Assembly: GCA_038245785.1 (NCBI GenBank)
Contig: JBBRSB010000025.1
Location: forward strand, 1-64,000
DNA from: Gloeobacterales cyanobacterium
GTDB taxonomy: Bacteria > Cyanobacteriota > Cyanobacteriia > Gloeobacterales > PMM-0068
Direction of reading: 5' to 3'
Length of the DNA: 64,000 nt
Each line of letters opens with the position of its first letter. Within the stretch, counting starts at the first letter, position 1. Made by a program: the position numbers and the translations under genes. Of this stretch, positions 1 to 8,733 are shown piece after piece. Below the pieces are notes generated by a model. That model did no database searches, had not been told where the DNA came from, and saw only the letters and a program-made list of their open reading frames with translations.

Positions 1-18
1 CGGCCTGATGTGTGATTC

Positions 19-684
19 CTACAAACTCTCTGCACTCTTGCTTTTATATATCCGAGTGACAAGCGCCTGCGCGTCGTAAGCGGGGATACCTGCTAGCTGT
101 GCCTTAAGCCCCTCCACTGACAAGCTTTCAGACCCTACACCTGTCACCCCTTTGACCCAACTTGTGATCATGGTGATCTTGTTCCTTTTCCAATCTGCCG
201 AAGCTCCATAGCGCTCTTCCAGTACCTCCAAAACTCGCTCTGCATGATTCATCTTGTCCTTTGGAGGATTTGGAGGATCGAAATCAGGATCATTAAACTC
301 AACTTCAGGCCAATCAAAGTTTTCCTCTTTCGAGGTTGCGGTTATGTCACTTTCATCAGAACTGCGGGCTGCACTCAAGAGCTGCAGACGGTCACACAGA
401 AAATTAGTGAAGCTTCGTTTCTGTCCGTCCACTTCTTTGCGGGTTTGATCAATATGACCTTCGACAAAAACCTGAGTGCCTTTTTTGAGATACTCGGCTA
501 CGTTGAAATCGCCAAGTTTACTGAAGTCGATAAAGGCCGCTTCGGTGCCCCGATTGCCTGATCCATCGATTGCAATAGAAAAATGGGTGATTTGCGTCCC
601 CGATTCGAGGTACTTCACTTCACAGTCACGTACCAAACGGCCAATAAACATAACTTTGTTGAGCAGTGGATAACGACGATCCAT
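19..684 (-). CDS. ssb: Single-stranded DNA-binding protein with an extra C-terminal domain
   Basis: N-terminal OB-fold motifs LNKVMFIGRLVRD and YLKKGTQVFVEGHI, then an acidic/proline linker and about 80 additional residues. Confidence 0.88.
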   Translation of the reverse strand: MDRRYPLLNKVMFIGRLVRDCEVKYLESGTQITHFSIAIDGSGNRGTEAAFIDFSKLGDFNVAEYLKKGTQVFVEGHIDQTRKEVDGQKRSFTNFLCDRLQLLSAARSSDESDITATSKEENFDWPEVEFNDPDFDPPNPPKDKMNHAERVLEVLEERYGASADWKRNKITMITSWVKGVTGVGSESLSVEGLKAQLAGIPAYDAQALVTRIYKSKSAESL

Positions 685-764
685 GTTTTTCTCCTTCTAT
701 AAATGAGCCCCTATCTCTAGGGGCATTGATTCCCCGGCTTATCGCCGAGGGTTGACGATTGTTG

Positions 765-1136
765 CTATGGCATCACAATCTGGCCACACTTCTGAATCAG
801 TTCCTTGACCGCACCAGGTGAAATCTCACGGGCTAAAGGCTCAGTAAACCCTTCACCCGTCCATTTCATCTCAACTTGAGAAAAGATCTCTGAATGTACT
901 ACCGTGGGTGCACGAAAGCCTAATATCCAGGTCACACCCAACCAATCTAATCTGAACGATCTAACCACTTCCGCCGCTATTTCTAGACTTGCGGTTCTAA
1001 AGCTTTTATTTCTGATTTCATCGAATTCCGATAGGATAACCAGCGCTTTTTCTGGATGGCCCCAAAATTTGACTCTACAATGTGTGCCCCGATACTTAAG
1101 AATCACATCATCCAGGGGCTTAACTGTTTCGTGCAT
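765..1136 (-). CDS. Hypothetical protein
   Basis: 123-aa ORF packed in the leftward operon, 1 nt from the upstream stop, with a GGAGGG RBS. Confidence 0.65.
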   Translation of the reverse strand: MHETVKPLDDVILKYRGTHCRVKFWGHPEKALVILSEFDEIRNKSFRTASLEIAAEVVRSFRLDWLGVTWILGFRAPTVVHSEIFSQVEMKWTGEGFTEPLAREISPGAVKELIQKCGQIVMP

Positions 1137-1137
1137 T

Positions 1138-1623
1138 TCAGTTGCCCTCCCCTATTTCTTTAATCTCGCTGGCTAGGGCTTTCAGGCTCTCAGGCATAGT
1201 GGAACCTGACAGGATTACTTGAACCCTTTCAGGCTTTTGCAAAATCAAGTCAAGGACGGCGCTCCGGGGAATTATCCCCGCTGATATTGTTTCGCCTATC
1301 CCATCAAGGATGAGATAGTTGCATTTCTCTTCTTCTACTTGCCGCTTAACCCACGCCCAGAGTTTCAGGACTGCCGTTTTCTGATCGAGACTAAATACTG
1401 ATGTGTCAATTTCTCCATCAATAGAAGGACGGATTAATTTAAATTCGCCCATACACACCGGCTTATCGGGTCCCTGGTTAACCCCACCCTTCAGGAACTC
1501 CGCCATCAGTGCCCCTTTCCCTCGCTTGATTCCGTCAATCAGCACATGCTGGGTTACTTCCTTGCTTGGCCCTACCAGGACCTTAATTCCGTCTGTGGTC
1601 TTTATCGACTTAGCGCTTTTCAT
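1138..1623 (-). CDS. CobA/BtuR (cob(I)yrinate adenosyltransferase)-like P-loop fold protein, degenerate
   Basis: EFLKGG, YLILDG and QKPERVQVILSG..MP motifs match the family; the Walker A motif is not recognisable; GGAG RBS before ATG 1623. Confidence 0.65.
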   Translation of the reverse strand: MKSAKSIKTTDGIKVLVGPSKEVTQHVLIDGIKRGKGALMAEFLKGGVNQGPDKPVCMGEFKLIRPSIDGEIDTSVFSLDQKTAVLKLWAWVKRQVEEEKCNYLILDGIGETISAGIIPRSAVLDLILQKPERVQVILSGSTMPESLKALASEIKEIGEGN

Positions 1624-1682
1624 GTAAATGCTCCAGAATGAAGGCCCCCAGCGAATACCGAGGGCCATTTTTGATTGATTAC

Positions 1683-2729
1683 TTACTTCGCCGTCGCCAC
1701 TGCTCTCCAGCTACTCGCCGGAAGGGTCAGTATCCGGCTTCCATCCCTCTCTAACTCTGTGGCTCTGTCGTAGTCCGGTATGTCTTGTGATGTCCTGGTT
1801 ATAGAGTTCAACAGCCCGTAGGCTGACAAGTCCCCTCCCATGATTAGGTGTTGAAGGATGCCGCTACGCTCCTCGTTGGAGTGTCCGAATTCCTTTGCTA
1901 CGACTTCAACCGCTTTGATCGGGTCGCCCTCGATGCGCTGGTCACGCGCTTCTTTCATGCGATCTACAATCAGAGAGAACTTGGTCATGTCTACGGCTGC
2001 TTTCACCGTGTCCTGGACCTTGAGGAAAAAGGCTCGGTCATCCGCTTTAAGGGTTTCATCGGAGAACAGCTCGTAGGCGTCATCATCTGCCGCTCGACCG
2101 ACATGATATTTCTTCTGGGCGTGGTCTGCGGCGATCATCCCATTGGTGCAGACCAGGCGATAAATAAGGGGTTCAACTTTTAATGCTCCCAGCCCCACTT
2201 CTGAGTTTGAGATCACCATGCCCGCTTGCACGATGTCCCCTTTCTGGACTTCCAACTCTAAGCGACGATTGACGACCTTAATGTACATCCGCGTATCGGT
2301 CATCTCAGCGCTAAGAATTTGGATGTCTGGCCCCATCTCCCCCAGAACCGGAAGGACGTGTGAGGCAAGGTCGAAATTATCAAGACGGCGGTAACGGTCG
2401 CTTAAGAATGCTCTGGCTTTTCCGTCTAGGGTGCGGATCATCCGCTTCTCTGGACGGTCCTGGAACCAGTTATTTACATTGGTGGACAGCAGCTCAGGGT
2501 CTTGCTCTCTCATCCGGTTGTAGTACTTCGCGGGGATGTCTAATCGGGCCGCTATCTGGCTGTGAGCATGGTCACTCACAGAGAACTCGTGACGGGTTCC
2601 ATTTTCTAGCACCAGTTGACCGTCTGGGGCCATCTCGACCGTGCGCGTATCTGCAATAAAGTCCCGCTTAACTTCCGCCTGTCTTTCAAGTTCTTGCGCC
2701 ATTTCTACCAAAGTTTTACCTGGTTTCAT
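1683..2729 (-). CDS. DUF932-family phage/plasmid protein
   Basis: RAFLSDRYRRLDN, ISNSEVGLG and RLVCTNGMI motifs; GGAG RBS before ATG 2729. Confidence 0.8.
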   Translation of the reverse strand: MKPGKTLVEMAQELERQAEVKRDFIADTRTVEMAPDGQLVLENGTRHEFSVSDHAHSQIAARLDIPAKYYNRMREQDPELLSTNVNNWFQDRPEKRMIRTLDGKARAFLSDRYRRLDNFDLASHVLPVLGEMGPDIQILSAEMTDTRMYIKVVNRRLELEVQKGDIVQAGMVISNSEVGLGALKVEPLIYRLVCTNGMIAADHAQKKYHVGRAADDDAYELFSDETLKADDRAFFLKVQDTVKAAVDMTKFSLIVDRMKEARDQRIEGDPIKAVEVVAKEFGHSNEERSGILQHLIMGGDLSAYGLLNSITRTSQDIPDYDRATELERDGSRILTLPASSWRAVATAK

Positions 2730-2754
2730 TACAATGATCTCCATAGTTGAAAGG

Positions 2755-2780
2755 AAGCCCGGTTGTCAGCCGGGTTTTTT
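2755..2780. terminator. Intrinsic terminator-like hairpin in the leader of the leftward operon
   Basis: AAGCCCGG-TTGTCAG-CCGGGTTTTTT. Confidence 0.55.
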
Positions 2781-2969
2781 ATTGGGCATTTCTTTGAATT
2801 CAATAAGGAATCGCTTTCTTTCTAGTTGCCTTCTATCCCCACAAGGTATTAACCGCCTGCTTCAAAGGGTTTAACAGGGATAGACTCTCGCTAGATACGC
2901 TTCGCTGATTCGGTTTTCAAGGTCCGTTCTATTCGGCTTGGGCTTCCGTGTCCCTCACCTCATGTATAC

Positions 2970-2998
2970 ATAATATCTCCTAATGGCTACATAGTCAA
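2970..2998 (-). promoter_or_regulatory. Sigma70-type promoter for the leftward operon
   Basis: Minus strand reads TTGACT-17 nt-TATTAT. Confidence 0.7.
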
Positions 2999-3082
2999 TG
3001 GCTACGTAGCTATTAGCTATAACACTTTCTTATACCTATGCCCGCAAACTCTCTTATTTAGCTATTGACTATGTAGCTATTA
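2981..3082. promoter_or_regulatory. Inverted-repeat operator pair, probably bound by the XRE regulator
   Basis: 2981-3004 and 3059-3082 are inverted repeats (22/24) that each contain a TTGACT -35 element. Confidence 0.6.
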
Positions 3083-3119
3083 GTGTGTTAGGTGTTCAGT
3101 GGTATCTTAAAGAGCATCC

Positions 3120-3371
3120 ATGAAGACCATCCAACGCATGCCCATAAAGGTTCTGGTTAAACAAGTTCGAGAGAGTCGCGGCCTCTCTCAAAATGACTTG
3201 GCGCGGAAAATGGGCCAATCAAATAACAACATCCAGAAGATCGAACGTATGCTCGCTCGCTCTATCACTTGGGAAACTCTAGAACTGCTGTGTGAAGCTC
3301 TCGACTGCCAGCCTGGGGATTTACTAACCTGGGTTCCTGACTCAAAGGATGAAGCTCAACTCTCACCCTGA
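3120..3371 (+). CDS. XRE/Cro-C1 helix-turn-helix regulator
   Basis: RESRGLSQNDLARKMG...LCEALDCQPGDLL. Confidence 0.9.
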   Translation: MKTIQRMPIKVLVKQVRESRGLSQNDLARKMGQSNNNIQKIERMLARSITWETLELLCEALDCQPGDLLTWVPDSKDEAQLSP

Positions 3372-3475
3372 TTCCCTTATTTTCTTTTTCCCAGTAGTTG
3401 CAGCTGCAGATAATCTTGTAATTCTGCCAAAAATCCAAACCACCCCTCTCTAATAGCCACGCCAAAGGCGTCTCC

Positions 3476-3560
3476 AGCGCGACCGTCCGGTATCCTCTAT
3501 CAGTAAAACCTCTACCGTTTGGCGCGAGGGTAGGACAAAAGGCTACGCCGTGGGGACCCG
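3476..3560 (+). repeat. 85-bp dispersed repeat, copy 1
   Basis: About 76/85 identical to 12680-12764 by manual alignment. Confidence 0.85.
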
Positions 3561-3730
3561 GAGGCATGGCGCGACTCACGCTTTCCCTCTACCACCCGCC
3601 ACGGTTTATTCGCGGTTGCCTCTGGGGTTAACCACCCTTCGTTTGCAGCTTCCAGCTCCTTGGTCTTTTCTCGCAGCCACGCGAAGGGGACCCGCGATGC
3701 ACCGACCCGAGAAGGGTATTTATTCCTGAG

Positions 3731-3776
3731 CAGCCCTGGTTGGGAGGGATAAGCGGGGTTTACTATGCTCGAATGT
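3731..3776 (+). repeat. dif-like repeat, copy 1 (degenerate)
   Basis: Core TGGGAGGGATAA-GCGGGG-TTTACTATGCTC, homologous to the copies at 12137 and 12813. Confidence 0.7.
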
Positions 3777-3823
3777 AAGTTTGGTTCAACGATGAACAAG
3801 CAAGGGTTATCCTCCAACGTTAA

Positions 3824-3976
3824 AGGATTGGCTTTTTACATACTCAAACGAATTCATTCTGCGTTGCGGTATCAGACGCCAGTGGATTTTGAAGCGCAAT
3901 AGCAGGCTACTCAAAAAATCCAGAAGATAATTAATTAACAACCACTAACCTATTGTCCAATTTTCTGGGGGCACCA
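3824..3976 (+). mobile_element. IS3-family right-end remnant
   Basis: Encodes FYILKRIHSALRYQTPVDFEAQ* (IS3 OrfB C-terminus), followed by terminal IR TGTCCAATTTTCTGGGGGCACCA. Confidence 0.75.
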
Positions 3977-4192
3977 GATATTCACGCAATTCAAAGTATT
4001 TCTCTACACATGCAACTTTATAAAGTCTTCATCAAATTTCCCTTACTTCATGTCAGCATAACCACACGAGAAAGAGTTAACCAGGAATGGTTACGCTTCG
4101 TCTGATCTACAGATATAGTTGTTTTAGCACTCTTGGCAATTGAGTGCCAAGTCAACTTAATCCGTCAACATTTCCTAGAAAGAGCTATAGCT

Positions 4193-5347
4193 GTGGCAGA
4201 TCTTCATAAAATCATCTTTTACCCTGTAGGCAATGGCGACACTTCGCAAATCGTGCTTTCCGGAGGCCGTCGTTTACTGTTTGACTTCTGTCATAGAGTG
4301 AAGGCAGAAGACCTAGATACCCCTGAAATTGATCTCACTGCACGTTTGAAGGCAGAGCTAAAGGCAGCTAAAAGAGACTACTTTGACGTCGTCGCATTCA
4401 CTCACGCCGACCTCGACCACATTCAGGGAAGCACTGTCTTATTTGAGTTACAGTCCGCTAAGAAATACCAAGGCGAAGGGCGCATCAAGATTCGGGAACT
4501 CTGGGTCCCCGCAGCAATGCTGCTGGAGGCGACGGACAACGACCATCAACAGGAAGAGTTCGTACTCATCCGGCAAGAGGCACGATACCGACTGCTGGAG
4601 GGCAAGAACATCTTGGTCTTCTCCAAGCCCAAGATGCTGATGGACTGGCTGGTTCCGAGGTTGAAGGAACGAGGGGAGTCGGCGTCAGCTCGCGATCACT
4701 TGTTTGTCGACGCCGGAACACTCGTTCCTGGCTTCAGCTTAATCAAGGACGGGGTGGAGCTATTCTGCCACTCGCCCTTTATCAAGCACTGCGACGACGG
4801 CGACATAATTAGGAACCGGGCGTCCCTGGTCTTCAGCGTTCGTCTTCGCGCCGACGGTGAAAACTATGACTACCTGGAGGTAGGCGACGCCACCTGGGAA
4901 GAGCTTGAGGAAATTGTCACGACAACGCGAGTTCATAAGAACGATGACAGACTCAATTGGGACCTCTACAACATTCCGCATCACTGCAGCTACCTTGCCC
5001 TAAGTGACGACAAAGGTGATACGGAGACCGAGCCTAAACCTCTCATCAGGGACTTGCTCCTGCAAGGAAAGAAGGACGCGTACATCGTAAGCTGCAGCAA
5101 GCCAGTGACCAACATTAAGGAGTCTTACGAGCAGCTTCTGCCGCCGCACATTCAAGCGCGCAAAGCATACGAACGCTATCTCAAGAAGGTAAACGGCCGA
5201 AAGTTCCTCGTCACAATGGAAGAGCCAAATGCTACCAAACCAGAGCCCATCACATTCGAGATAACTAAGGGTGGAGTCACCTGGAAGCGGTCCACATCCA
5301 TAGGAGCCCCGGCCATCGTGCTATCGAAACCGCATAGGGCTGGTTGA
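4193..5347 (+). CDS. Metallo-beta-lactamase-fold (ComEC/Rec2-like) hydrolase with C-terminal Gly
   Basis: PVGNGD, THADLDH and IPHHCS motifs; ends ...KPHRAG*; probable GTG start at 4193. Confidence 0.85.
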   Translation: MADLHKIIFYPVGNGDTSQIVLSGGRRLLFDFCHRVKAEDLDTPEIDLTARLKAELKAAKRDYFDVVAFTHADLDHIQGSTVLFELQSAKKYQGEGRIKIRELWVPAAMLLEATDNDHQQEEFVLIRQEARYRLLEGKNILVFSKPKMLMDWLVPRLKERGESASARDHLFVDAGTLVPGFSLIKDGVELFCHSPFIKHCDDGDIIRNRASLVFSVRLRADGENYDYLEVGDATWEELEEIVTTTRVHKNDDRLNWDLYNIPHHCSYLALSDDKGDTETEPKPLIRDLLLQGKKDAYIVSCSKPVTNIKESYEQLLPPHIQARKAYERYLKKVNGRKFLVTMEEPNATKPEPITFEITKGGVTWKRSTSIGAPAIVLSKPHRAG

Positions 5348-7605
5348 TGTCAGAAGAGTATCACGAACTCGAAAACGTCCGCGACCTCGCAGACGAAGCC
5401 GAGCTTGAGATTCCTCGAGCGCGGGCGTTGCTCAGTGCGATCCGGGGACAGCGTGACTACAAAGTGGTCAAGTTGCTCCAATACGCTGGAGAGAATAACT
5501 CCAGGATCGAGTACATCGTTGTGGACGTCGAGACCGATGGTGTACCTCCGAAGAATCCTGTAGGCATCGACTATTTGGAGCGGCTAGCACTTTGTATCCC
5601 CAGCGATGCAAAGAGTCTGGTGAACGTACTCGCGCTGAGGAAAGCCTTTCCGGTTATGATTCACCAGAACCAGAGTGTGGTCGGTGAGCCAGCGAGCCTC
5701 TGCCTCTACTTTGAGCCTGTATCGGGAGTCTTGCGAACCTGGACGCCGCAGAACTTCCTTCGGCGCATTCAGTGGTGGCTGGAGAAGTCAGCCCGAGGTG
5801 AGTTACATCCAGCAGACCAACCAGTCGAGAATCTCTTCTTTTCGACGAGATATGAGCTAGTTCTTCCGTGGAACTTCGAACAGCTTCGCCAGATTGCTGG
5901 TCAGCGATTCGTCATCCTAAGAGGCCCTGAACGCCCAGACCAGGGATTGACCTTGTTCGTCGAGGCTACCTCACTGGGCGCTCAGGTAAAGGACTCTACT
6001 GTTGCCTATGTGGAGTTGGCACTACCAGCGATAGTACATGGATTCGTCGAGCGTGACCCGCCAACGTTGGGGGCACTTGCGGACATTCTGTTGGGTCGTG
6101 GCATTGATTTGTTCCCACCTCTTCAAGCGGTGCTGCAGCAGCGTGTCGGGCAGGACGGTGCGCAGGCCAAGACTGATGACACCTGCACGGTCATCCTGCT
6201 GCACATTCCAGTCTGCCGTGGCGAGGGTGAGTCGCCTGATAGAACCTACCATCGGGCGTTCTTCATTCCGAGCGGTGCGATGAAGCTAGGTGTCGCAACA
6301 GGTGCACTTTTCGAGCACAACAAAAATTACTATAGTGCCGTCGGGTTGCTCAACCAGGAAGAACCAACTGGGTGGCGCACTGAGCGTGTCTTTCCTATGG
6401 AGGTGCTCCATCAAAACAGCACATCCATAGCGAGAAGCCAATCGGGTATTACAGATGAAGGTCCATCTGGCGTGCTCATCGGTGCAGGATCCCTTGGGAG
6501 CGAGATGCTTAACCTGTGGGGTCGCAGCGGATGGGGGCGATGGACCGTCATTGACAAGGACCACATCAAGCCACATAACTTGGCGCGGCATGTTGCGTTC
6601 TTCCACCATGTCGGGGAATTGAAGGTTAATGTTGCGGCCGAGTTGCACAGGGCAGTGATGCACGGTGCCAGCGAGCTTAAGGTGGTACATGGAGACGCCT
6701 GTGATTTCTCGCTCGTAGCTGTCACCGAGGCGCTTGGCGGAGCCCAACTCGTGGTGGACGCTTCGACGACCCTTGAGTATCCACGGATGGCCAGCACTTC
6801 GAACGAGGTCGGGCGGCACATTTCAGTTTTTCTGACGCCGAACGGCCATGCCTCAGTTTTACTGGCCGAAGATGAGCGTCGCAAGAACAGATTGAGAACC
6901 CTTGAGGCGCAGTACTACCGGGCGCTTATCGCAGAGGAGTGGGGTCGGACCCACTTGGATGGCAACTTGAGCTCGTTCTGGAGTGGTGCGAGCTGCCGCG
7001 ACATATCGATAGTTATGCCTTACTCGCGAATCACGTCCCACGCCAGCACGCTTGCAGAGCAGGTGCAACTGGTCTCTAGGCAACCACTTGCGAAAATACG
7101 GGTTTGGCAACGCGATGCCGAGACAGGTGCAGTAGCCGTGCACGATGTGGCTGTGCAACCAGAGCAGTGTCACACCTTCGATGAACTCAGTCTCTACATC
7201 GACGACGGCGTTGAGACGTGTCTTCGTACTCTTCGAACAGCTAGCCTTCCAAACGAAACGGGCGGGGTTCTACTCGGCTACTACGATTTCAATATCAAAG
7301 CAGTCTTAGTCGTTGACGCAATGTCAGCGCCACCTGATAGCAAAGCGTCTCCACAGGCCTTCGAGCGCGGTATTGCTGGTCTCGCCGAAACCGTGGCTGA
7401 AGCCTCCCGCCGGACTGCTGGCATCGTGGGCTACATCGGCGAGTGGCACAGTCATCCACGCGGGCACTCGGCTTCTCCTAGCAGGGACGATTTCATTCAA
7501 CTCGTGCACCTTGCACTAGGTATGTCCGCCGACGGGCTTCCCGCAGTTCAGCTCATAGTTGGGGAGAACGATATTCAAGTTTTCCAGGGAACTGTGCACG
7601 CATGA
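5347..7605 (+). CDS. Prokaryotic E2-E1(ThiF)-JAB fusion (Cap2/Cap3-like)
   Basis: E2 region HQN..ASLCLY; E1 GAGSLGS, IDKDHIKPHNLARH and candidate catalytic Cys in GASCRD; JAB ETGGVLLG..YIGEWHSHP..SRDD; TGATG coupling to the MBL gene. Confidence 0.92.
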   Translation: MSEEYHELENVRDLADEAELEIPRARALLSAIRGQRDYKVVKLLQYAGENNSRIEYIVVDVETDGVPPKNPVGIDYLERLALCIPSDAKSLVNVLALRKAFPVMIHQNQSVVGEPASLCLYFEPVSGVLRTWTPQNFLRRIQWWLEKSARGELHPADQPVENLFFSTRYELVLPWNFEQLRQIAGQRFVILRGPERPDQGLTLFVEATSLGAQVKDSTVAYVELALPAIVHGFVERDPPTLGALADILLGRGIDLFPPLQAVLQQRVGQDGAQAKTDDTCTVILLHIPVCRGEGESPDRTYHRAFFIPSGAMKLGVATGALFEHNKNYYSAVGLLNQEEPTGWRTERVFPMEVLHQNSTSIARSQSGITDEGPSGVLIGAGSLGSEMLNLWGRSGWGRWTVIDKDHIKPHNLARHVAFFHHVGELKVNVAAELHRAVMHGASELKVVHGDACDFSLVAVTEALGGAQLVVDASTTLEYPRMASTSNEVGRHISVFLTPNGHASVLLAEDERRKNRLRTLEAQYYRALIAEEWGRTHLDGNLSSFWSGASCRDISIVMPYSRITSHASTLAEQVQLVSRQPLAKIRVWQRDAETGAVAVHDVAVQPEQCHTFDELSLYIDDGVETCLRTLRTASLPNETGGVLLGYYDFNIKAVLVVDAMSAPPDSKASPQAFERGIAGLAETVAEASRRTAGIVGYIGEWHSHPRGHSASPSRDDFIQLVHLALGMSADGLPAVQLIVGENDIQVFQGTVHA

Positions 7606-8677
7606 GCAGGGAGGAGCGTGCGTCCATCGCGCTGGTGTTGTCAGGCGGCGGCGTCCGAGCCATGGTCTTTCATCTGGGCGTGCTGAAGCTGCTGGCGGAG
7701 CGTGGCCTGCTTGAAAACGTTGACAGGATTTCGACCGTGTCAGGCGGAAGCTTGTTGGTTGGGTTGATTTTTCAGGAATGTGGGTTGCAGTGGCCTTCCT
7801 CGGAGACATTTCTCGCGACAATCTACCCAGCGCTACGCAAAAAGATTTGCCAGCGCAGCCTTCAATGGGGGGCGCTCCGACAACTGCTAAACCTGAGCAA
7901 TTTTAGATTCATCCTCTCCAGGGCAAACTTACTGGCCTTGGCACTGAAGAACGAATGGGACGTCTCAGGCAGGCTCATCGACCTACCCACTAAGCCGGAG
8001 TGGTCCATCAACGGAACGACGGCAGAAAATGGCAAGCGCTTTCGGTTCAAAGCAGTCGATATTGGCGACTATACGCTTGGCTATGCCTCACCTGGTAACT
8101 TCCCTCTTGCGAATGCTCTTGCAGTGTCTGCTGCATTCCCTGGCGGCTTTGGGCCGTTAACTCTAAACGCGTCCAAGTTCACATGGCACAGACGCCCGTG
8201 GGATTCACCTGCTGGCACAGAGCAGTCAGTAGACATTGGATACCGGAGGCTACACCTCTACGACGGTGGTGTTTACGACAACCTCGGGCTTGAACCGTTC
8301 TTTGACGCAGGCCGTGGAAGGTCGAAGCACGCAGACATCTGCATTGTCGTTTCGGATGCGGGTGCTCCACTTCCCTTAGGCTTTTCGTTCAGGCCTCTTA
8401 GCTTATTTCGGCTCAAGCGCGTGGCCGACATAATAGCAAACCAGGCGCATGCGCTCCGCGTACGGACGTTCTCAACCTACCTTCAAGCAGCGGCTGGGCG
8501 TGGGGCCTTCATCTATATTGGAACGCCTGTGAGGGCAGAGCTGCCTTGCAAGTCGGCTGAGTTCGCCACCAGCTTTCCAACCACCTTAGGCGCATGAGCA
8601 TCGAGGAATTTGACCGCCTAGCGAGCCACGGATACGAGGTAGCAGCACAAGTTGAGAGCAAGTACGGCATTGTTTAG
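7602..8677 (+). CDS. Patatin-like phospholipase; 1-nt frameshift near the 3' end (in-frame stop 8597, displaced tail to 8677)
   Basis: LSGGGVRA, STVSGGS and DGGVYDNLG motifs; ATGA coupling; tail MSIEEFDRLASHGYEV lies in a shifted frame. Confidence 0.88.
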
Positions 8678-8733
8678 GTGCCTGCAGCGACAAGAAGGGA
8701 GCTAGAGACAGTGACTATATCGCAACGCCCGTC

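Noticed and set aside
3265..3817. Minus-strand ORFs 3265-3579 and 3512-3817 as genes
   Set aside because: They overlap the XRE gene and the dispersed repeats, and the second repeat copy has a stop in the equivalent frame
4193..5347. Antibiotic-resistance beta-lactamase or CD-NTase
   Set aside because: It has ComEC-like MBL motifs, no signal peptide and no nucleotidyltransferase GS..DxD motif
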